NCBI GenBank assembly: GCA_002269645.1 | Contig: NIVC01001575.1 | Location: forward strand, 224,691 to 288,690 | Direction of reading: 5' to 3' | Length of the DNA stretch: 64,000 bases | Origin: Macrostomum lignano | Lineage: Eukaryota | Shown here: piece after piece, positions 62,001 through 64,000 of the stretch | Numbering within the stretch: position 1 is the first letter of the stretch | Layout of the letters: each line of letters starts with the position of its first letter | The notes under the pieces: generated by a model | The model's database searches: none | What the model saw: only the letters and a program-made list of their open reading frames with translations | What the model was told of the DNA's origin: nothing | Translations under genes and position numbers: made by a program

Positions 62001-64000
62001 CGAAGCTGCACAGCCAAATGCAGAGAATGATCGTCCACTGATTGAGAACTTTGAAGTCCGCCGTCGTTGGGAGCACACCTCTCACCCCTATCTGCTGTTC
62101 AATCAAGACGGCACGACCTTTACATTCGTTGGCTTCACAGTGAGTCAACAAGGTCATCTCTTGGACAGCGCGACCAACGCTGTTGTACAGGAAGGCATCA
62201 TGAGTCCGCAGCTTTACCAGAGCCTCATCGCACAACGTGTTCGTCTTCAAGAGCGGTTCGAGGATCTGAGTCGGCAGAATAAAATTGAGAGAATGAGAAT
62301 GGTGTTCGGTCACTCTGACACTAATTTCCCGGACCCCGATCCGTCCTATGAGCTGACTATGGACAACGTCAAGAAGATGCTGGCTATCTACATGCGGTTC
62401 AGGAGCGAGATTCCTGTCGTTCTGATGGGCGAAACGGGCTGTGGAAAGACTAAGCTTGTCGAGTTTCTGGCTCGAATCATGCTGCCAGCTCAATCCGACA
62501 TTTGCAACATGCGAATTCTGAAGGTCCACGGTGCTGTAACAACTGCCGATGTGGTGAAGGCAGTCCAGGACGCTGTTGAGTTGTCACGTCAGAACCACGC
62601 AGTGACTCCTTACACAATTCTATTCTTTGATGAAGTAAACACGACCAGTGCTGTCGGTCTGATTAAGGAAATCATGATTGACGGCAGAATCAATGGTGAG
62701 AGGATAAGCTTTGCCTATGGACTGAGATGCATTGCCGCTTGCAATCCTTACCGCAAGCATCCCGAATCGACAATCAAGAGACTGGAGAACAGTGGACTTG
62801 GATACAGAGTGAGAAAAGAGGATACTCAGGATAAATTCGGAAATGTTCCGATGCGACATTTGGTTTATCGTGTAAAGCCGCTGCCTCTCTCCCTGATCAG
62901 CGTTTTGTGGGACTTTGGCAGTCTCTCTGATGACTCTGAAAGGAAGTACATTACCAGAATGGTTGAGTCCAGACTTCGGACCTCTCCAGCGCAGAAGGCA
63001 CGCCTTGTAGAGCTGGTTGCAGCATCACAACACTTCATGCGCAATACGGATGATGAGACAAAGTATGTTTCACTGAGAGAAGTCGAGAAGGTCATAGTCG
63101 TGTTCCAGTGGCTTTCAAATGGATTGCTAGCACAGTTGGACGCTCGAGATGACGGAGATTCTGATTGCAATGAGGAAACTCTAATCGAAATTATGGCTTT
63201 AGCTTCGTGCTATCTGAGTCGCCTGCCAAAAGAGAACAAAAATGGCTATCTCGAATTGCTGTCTCAGGTTCTGAATGCAGGTCTGAGTCCTCATGACATT
63301 ATGCAAATCATCACCCAGTGTCATCAAAGGCTTTTAAATGACATTTCGGAGCATCTGCCAAAGTCAATTGCAAAGAACGAAGCTCTTAGAGAAAATGTCT
63401 TCATGATGGTGCTTTGCATCACACTTCGAATCCCATTGTTTGTTGTCGGAAAGCCTGGAAGTTCCAAGTCGCTCGGAAAGTCGATTGTGAAGAGCAACAT
63501 GTTGGGAACAAACTCACAAGGCGAAATATTTCGCCAGCTTCCAAATACGCAGATGCTGTCGTTCCAGTGTTCCCCATGGTCAACTTCTGAGGGAATCATC
63601 AAGACGTTCGAACAGTGCTCTCAACTGCAGAAAGAAAAGGACCTCGATAAGTTCGTCTCCGTGGTTATTCTTGACGAAGTCGGTTTGGCAGAAGACAGTC
63701 CCAAGATGCCTCTAAAGGCACTTCACCCGCTTCTTGAGGAAGGCTACTTTACTGACTCCTTGCAAACAGCTCAAAACAGAAAGCATAGCAAAGTTGGCTT
63801 CATCGGTATCTCGAACTGGGCTTTGGACCCGGCCAAAATGAACCGCGGACTGTACTTGTTGCGAGACGTGCCCACGCACGAGGATCTACTGGATACGGCA
63901 AAGGGTATCTGCCAAAATCAGGTTCGAAAAGAGCGCGTTCGATTACACCTGGAGCCCGTAACTAAGTTTTACGAGAAAATATACGACCACACGCAGAAGG
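53057..64000 (+). CDS. RNF213: RNF213 (mysterin)-like giant AAA+ ATPase / E3 ligase; 3'-partial
   Basis: Exon 53057-55513 (Cys knuckles, disordered Q/S region, CBM20-like KVKLRFF..FNPNKD..FDYKYAV). Several short exons at about 55849-58491 (boundaries of some uncertain). A long exon from 58571 carries same-frame SGMGKS (61234), IPVVLMGETGCGKT (62428), LFFDEVNT, IAACNPYR, LVYRVKPLP, IPLFVVGKPGSSKS (63448), SVVILDEVGLAEDSPKMPLKALHPLLE and FIGISNWALDPAKMNRG. Confidence 0.96.

Overview
Eukaryotic (metazoan) genomic DNA with spliceosomal GT-AG introns, many intronic minisatellites and transposon relics. The style suggests a flatworm such as Macrostomum, but that is inference only. Protein genes assembled by hand from splice sites and phases: (1) a DUSP8/16-type MAP-kinase phosphatase (+, 68-10106, 5' end outside the window); (2) a three-exon synaptotagmin-like gene (-, 18935-22747); (3) the 5' part of cytoplasmic alanyl-tRNA synthetase (+, 39816-41269, cut by a 915-N gap); (4) the first coding exon of an SLC16/MCT-like MFS transporter (-); (5) a stand-alone sulfotransferase-like P-loop protein (+, 47885-49776); (6) the 5' part of a giant RNF213/mysterin-like AAA+ ATPase (+, 53057 to window end). 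Mobile DNA includes a decayed RTE-type LINE whose endonuclease half is inverted relative to its RT half, an internally deleted mariner with 198-bp TIRs, two copies of a tRNA-headed CORE-like SINE and several MITEs. The most notable observation is an intronic alternative first exon of the DUSP. It would replace the rhodanese/KIM domain with a JIP1-type JNK docking motif (KRNRPSRLQL), and it lies downstream of a cluster of AP-1 sites. No CRISPR array or prokaryotic system is supported.
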